DNA of 63,851 bases, counting the filler, from Reclinomonas americana ATCC 50394 (lineage: Eukaryota), in the NCBI GenBank assembly GCA_048213135.1. It is 8 parts of 3 records of this genome, joined end to end, with 100 filler letters (N's around TTAATTAATTAA, not from the genome) between each part and the next. Parts side by side here need not be neighbours in the genome. Positions count along the whole stretch, not along the records: positions 54,314 to 59,923 come from PS015495.1; positions 60,024 to 62,419 come from PS015496.1; positions 62,520 to 63,851 come from PS015506.1; 5 more parts are not named here. The stretch is one strand, 5' to 3'. The notes below the pieces were generated by a model. That model did not search any database and was not told the origin of the DNA. It saw nothing but the letters and a program-made list of their open reading frames with translations. A program made the translations under genes and the position numbers. Numbering within the stretch: the first letter of the stretch is position 1; every line of letters starts with the position of its first letter. Of the stretch, positions 58,540 to 63,851 are shown piece by piece.

Positions 58540-59362
58540 ACTGCAAGTGATTGGCTATTCTATTGGTGCGACTGCCGGCCCGTATGCCATTGTGCGCCTG
58601 GTCGGGACGCCGTATGACTTTGTGCAGCAGCTGATCGCAAACTTGTGCACGATCTCCTTTTACCTGGTGAGTGATTTTTATATCGTCGTTTTTTTTGTGT
58701 TCCGGCCGCACTCAATGCGCATACGTTGCGCATCGCAGGTGCTCTTCATCACTCCGCTGGCGGTGGTCCTCAACTACTGGCTGCGCAACCGGAGGCGGAC
58801 AAGTGGCCCAGCTGGCGACTCTGCCATTGAGCTCAAGACTCTGAATCAGCCGATGCTCACGCCTGGCTCTTTCACCTTTCAAGAGATCCTGTCCACTGCC
58901 CGCGGCCGCAATGCGTTCCGCAGCTACCTCGGTGCGTGTGGGGTGGACATGTCTCTCCGCTCTGCTTCTTCACCGACACACCACGAGGACAGCGACGGAG
59001 TTTGCCGTGGAGAACTTGCAGTTTTACGAGCGTGTGCACGAGTTCAAGGATCTCGCTGCGGTTCGTTGATCTAGCCTTCTTGATCTCCTCCCCCTCTGCT
59101 GATGTGGTGTCATAGAACTATGATGGACGGCTGGAACACGGTCAAGGGCAGGAGGCGACTGCTGCGGCGGTGCGTCACTGTGGAGCGCAGATCGTGCGTG
59201 ATTTTTTCGAAGACAATGCGCCGTTCGAGTTGAATCTGCCGGCCAGTGCACGAATGCATGTGCTGCGTGCGGTGAAGCAGCAGGGAGACGACCTGTTTCT
59301 GCAGAAGTTGGACGCGAGCGGTGACAGCAAGCATGTGGGGGTTGCGGATCCGTGGCCGTGTG
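58540..59362 (+). CDS. 7TM-RGS protein, copy 3 (partial: last TMs + RGS)
   Basis: LQVIGYSIGATAGPYAIVRL, VLFITPLAVVLNYWLRNRR, FQEILSTARGRNAFRSYL, EFAVENLQFYERVHEFK, APFELNLP. Confidence 0.85.
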
Positions 59363-60319
59363 GTGAGGCATTAGGGAAAGGGAGGAGGGAGAGAGGGGGA
59401 AGGGAAGGGTGTAAGAAAGGAGCAGACGCACCAGAAAGTGTGGAACAAGTGGAGTGGTGGTTGACGAAGAAAAGCGCAGTAGGGAGTGGGACAGTGAGTG
59501 AGGGAAGAGAGAAGGGGAGGAGGAGAAAGAAGTCAAAGAGCAAGAGAAGTTCGAGTCGAGGAGTGGAGAGGATTGGGGATTGAGGAACAGCGGAGAATAA
59601 GGGTCGAGAAACAGAAGCAGCGGATAGTAGCGGCGAAGAAGAGAGACAACCATGGCGGTGGACGAGATCAGGTGCAGTGCACAAGGAGGAGGCGTGTGGC
59701 AAAGGGTAATGATGAGATGACTGGCGGAAGAAGAGCTGTGCAGAGAGGGCAGTCGAGGTGAGAAGGGAAGCGAGACAAGCACGGTGGTGGACGTGAAACA
59801 CGTGCAGGGCCTGAGGCGTTAGGAAAGTATGAGACAAGAAGACAGATGGTGAACGCAGACACCGAGAGAGAGAGAGAGAGAGAGAGAGGAGAGCGAGACA
59901 ATAGAAGAGCGAGGTTCGTTTAGNNNNNNNNNNNNNNNNNNNNNNNNNNNNNNNNNNNNNNNNNNNNTTAATTAATTAANNNNNNNNNNNNNNNNNNNNN
60001 NNNNNNNNNNNNNNNNNNNNNNNTTGATTTGCAGGGCGTTGCACCCCCTTTATCTGTTTCTTTCTCTCGGAATCTCTTGCTCACGCTCACTCGCCTTTCT
60101 CCTTTCTGGCTTTCGCGCTTCCTCTCTCTCTCTCTCTCCCCCCCTGTCTCTCCTTCTGCGCCTTCTCCTCTTCTCCCTCCCTCCCTCCCTCCCTCCCTCC
60201 CTCCCTTCTTTCTCCCTCTCATCACCTTCTCCTTCCCCTTCTCCTCCTTCCCCCTTCTCCTCTTTCCCCCTCCTCCCCCCTCTTCTCACATCTCCCACCC
60301 TCCTTCCCTCGACCCCCAG

Positions 60320-62352
60320 TTGGGCGGAGAACGTACAATTCCCCATCAACCTATGCGACCTGCCGATCGACACGGTGCTGGCGCTGACCGTGTGGGACAC
60401 ATTTGCGCCGCACCGCGCCGTGCCCGTCGGTGGCACGACGGTATCACTCTTTCGCAAAAAGAGGTTTGTTTATGTTGTCTTCCTCCTCCTCTCTTGCTGT
60501 CCCCCACCAACCTCATTTTCTTCCTCGCTGGCAGCTCGCTGCTGCGCAGTGGCGCACAGTGCCTGCGCATTCATCTCAACCGCACCGCCGACCCGCGACT
60601 GGAGAGCGACACGCCAGCCTCCATCAAGGAGAAGAGCGACAATCAGCGGTTAACCAAGGTGTGCTGGCGGCGCAGCACGTATTGAGTGTGCCTATCATGT
60701 GTCCTCACTCGGCGCTGTAGTTCTTTCATCGCTTCCAAACCGGGTGCCTGCCGCAAATGACGTGGCTCGACCTGCTGTTCTACAAGGAGATGAATCGGCG
60801 ACAAAAGGTACGCTTCCGGGCACGGGTATTGTCAAGATCCTACCCTTGTGCTGATCAGATAAATCTGCAGGCTGCCCTCTTGGACGGCGACACCGTGTTC
60901 CTCAACGTGACACTGCCGGCGTTCAACGGCCCGGTCATGTTTGCGGAGAAGAAGCAGGAGTATCCGCCGTTGACGGGCGTCGGTCGCCCGTTCTACGGAA
61001 AGTCGTTGAAGGATGCCGAGGCACTGGTGCAGGCGGGTAGTGTGCTGACGCCCGGAGCGGTTCCTCGTTGCGTTGAAAAGGGGAAGGAGAAGGGAGAAGG
61101 AGAAGGGGGAGGAGCAAGGGGGAAGACGAAGGGGAAAGGAGAAGGTAGGAGGAACAAGGGGAAAGGAGAAGGGGAAAGGAGAAGGGGAAAGGTGAAGGGG
61201 AAAGGAGAAGGGGAAAGGAGAAGGGGAAGGAGAAGGGGAAAGGAGAAGGGGAAAGGAGAAGGGGAAAGGAGAAGGGGAAAGGAGAAGGGGGAGAACGGGG
61301 GGATAGAGAAGGGAAGGGGAAAGGCGAAGGGGAAAGGAGAAGAGGAAAGGAGAAGGGGAANNNNNNNNNNNNNNNNNNNNNNNNNNNNNNNNNNNNNNNN
61401 NNNNNNNNNNNNNNNNNNNNNNNNNNNNNNNNNNNNNNNNNNNNNNNNNNNNNNNNNNNNNNNNNNNNNNNNNNNNNNNNNNNNNNNNNNNNNNNNNNNN
61501 NNNNNNNNNNNNNNNNNNNNNNNNNNNNNNNNNNNNNNNNNNNNNNNNNNNNNNNNNNNNNNNNNNNNNNNNNNNNNNNNNNNNNNNNNNNNNNNNNNNN
61601 NNNNNNNNNNNNNNNNNNNNNNNNNNNNNNNNNNNNNNNNNNNNNNNNNNNNNNNNNNNNNNNNNNNNNNNNNNNNNNNNNNNNNNNNNNNNNNNNNNNN
61701 NNNNNNNNNNNNNNNNNNNNNNNNNNNNNNNNNNNNNNNNNNNNNNNNNNNNNNNNNNNNNNNNNNNNNNNNNNNNNNNNNNNNNNNNNNNNNNNNNNNN
61801 NNNNNNNNNNNNNGGGAAAGGACAAGGGGGAAGGAGAAGGGGGAAGGAACGGGGGGAAGGAACGGGGGGAAGGAACGAGGGGAAGGAACAGGGACGACAG
61901 CATAATCGCGAGGAGACGGCGGCGTTGATTCTCACGCCGCCGTTACCTCTCACAGGCACGGTTTCAACCGCCAGTGCGGCGGCTCCGGCGACTGCTGCGG
62001 CAGGTGGCAGCGGTGGCCCGGGCGGATTTGCGGGTCCTGGAGCACCTCGAAGGAAATTGATCGATCCTGCCATTGATCAAGACAGTGCGGTGGAGGCGCT
62101 GTATGTCCGTCTGGCGGTCTCCATGTCCACGCATCACGCGCAGGGAATGCGTGATTTGCGGCCGGACGCCTCGGAGAGGCAGCAGTTGGAGGTGCTTCCG
62201 TCAGTGCTCTTTTCTTCCTTTTCTCCTTTTCGGTACTGACGGTGACCGTGGCACAGCGCATCATCAACGCCCCACCGATCGGCAGCATCCCGGCGCATGC
62301 GCGTGAGCTGCTGTGGCAGTATCGGTATTTCCTATCCAGCAGATACCCGAAG
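60320..62352 (+). CDS. VPS34: Class III PI3-kinase Vps34, C2 domain and start of helical domain (partial, single contig)
   Basis: WAENVQFPINLCDLP...LTVWD...VPVGGTTVSLF...LRSGAQCLRI; TWLDLL; RDLRPDASERQQLERIINAPP...RELLWQYRYFL. Confidence 0.9.
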
Positions 62353-62519
62353 GTGAGCGGAGAGAGAGAGAGGAGGGAGAGTAGAGAGAGAGAGAGAGGA
62401 GGAGAGAGAGAGAGAGAGANNNNNNNNNNNNNNNNNNNNNNNNNNNNNNNNNNNNNNNNNNNNTTAATTAATTAANNNNNNNNNNNNNNNNNNNNNNNNN
62501 NNNNNNNNNNNNNNNNNNN

Positions 62520-63265
62520 ATTCTTATTGACAGCAACATTCGTGGTGGCACGGCGACGACGACGGCGACAGCACAAACGAATGACGCGCTGGGCGACACT
62601 GATGGCAATCGGGATGCCCTGGAAGAGACCCACGCCGACCGCCAGCACCACGAGGCCGAGCAGGTTGCGCGTGTCGGTGGTCACCGACGAGGCCGCCACA
62701 ATCAGCAGTGCCATGAGGGTCACCAGGCCGGCCAGCTCCGACGTGTTGGCGCCGACGGCGTCGTACGGTTGGAACGCCACCTGCACACCGACAAAGATGG
62801 CGAAGAGGAGTCCGAAGGCGAGTGGAAGCGCCGTAAAGGTGTTGAGTGGCACCAGGAAGCTGTTGCAGCACGAATGAGGGGGATGAAGACAAACACAACG
62901 ATTGATGATCGGCGCACCGAAACAGAATCAAAACCAGCAGAGTGCGGAACGAGGAGTACGCCTGCCACCATGGCAGGGCACTCCTGTACGGTTCCCACAT
63001 GACTTGCAGGAATGACACAAACAAGGACGGCGGCTCTGTCGAGTCGGCCTGTCGTATTCTCCGTCGCACGAGCACGATGCTGACGACCAGCACCACCGGT
63101 ATGATGCCCCAGAGGATGGCCAGCGTGAGGAACAGCGGCTCCCACTGTTGTGATGCTGTGTGAGAAATCCATCACTCCTCTGGCCAACAAAGGGCGACGA
63201 AACGCGAGTGAAATCTGTCGAACTGCAGTCGATCGAGGCGTACAGGGCGTTGTAGGAGCCCGCGT
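62520..63265 (-). CDS. C-terminal multi-pass TM region of a protist TRP/Flc-like or GPCR-like membrane protein (partial)
   Basis: ALYASIDCSS, WEPYRSALPWWQAYSSFRTLLV, VQVAFQPYDAVGANTSELAGL: the Y..WW...R / QPY...N..E pattern plus hydrophobic helices. Confidence 0.6.
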
Positions 63266-63851
63266 CGCCCACAGATCGGCATGTGAAGAAGACTGTGCAT
63301 CGCGCGTGAACAACAAGCGAAGAATGGCGAATGAAGAAGGCGCACAGTCACACAAACCTAATGAAGCCTGCAGGGGAGCAAGTGAACGCGCATATGACCG
63401 GGTCAGTACAGACAAACACGCACGAAGACAGAGAGGTAGACAGCCAGCATGCCCGACAGACAGCCAGGCAATCAGCCAGATTCACTAAGAATGACAGAAG
63501 AACGCACGGAAAGACAGACAGACGACCAGACAGGTACACAGGCTGATAGAAAGACTGTTCTCCCTTTCCTTGACTCTTCACCCCCCAATTCTCTACTTCT
63601 CACTCGCCATTTTATGACAGATTGTCAGCTCTCCACCACTTACTGTTTGCACTCAGTGTCTTTCCCCTTACTCCCTTCCCATTTCTTCCTCTCTCTCCTT
63701 TCCCTTGTGTGTTCTTTCTCTCCTCTCCCCTGTGTTCCCCCCGCACCTTCTTTCCATTTCTTCCTTTCTCTTATCTCTTTCTCTCCTCGTTCCTCTCCAT
63801 TCCTCAGTGTATCTTTCCCCGGTACTTATCTTCCCCCTCACTCCCTTACCA

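Overview
Intron-rich, microsatellite-laden genomic DNA of a unicellular eukaryote (species not identifiable from sequence alone). It is a draft 454-style assembly: N gaps, seven TTAATTAATTAA contig spacers and TACG-type noisy contig ends. Most long six-frame ORFs are spurious low-complexity read-throughs; real genes must be spliced by hand. Recognisable genes: SH3/C2-DOCK GEF (5' part), coilin, acetyl-CoA transporter SLC33A1, a WD40 protein, the SZT2 N-terminus, UFL1, an Expp1-like secreted protein, an orphan 4-TM protein, an Mdv1/Caf4-like coiled-coil WD40 protein, a delta14-sterol reductase, a Crinkler-type NTPase+REase effector, a tandem array of three 7TM-RGS genes, Vps34 (part) and a multi-pass membrane protein. 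The most striking signal is genome-level. I traced 31 introns whose reading frame is best restored by an atypical donor, GTTGCG(T), which looks like the usual GTGCGT donor shifted by one base. In 27 of the 31 the last exon base is not G. All exon structures are manual inferences without transcript data.
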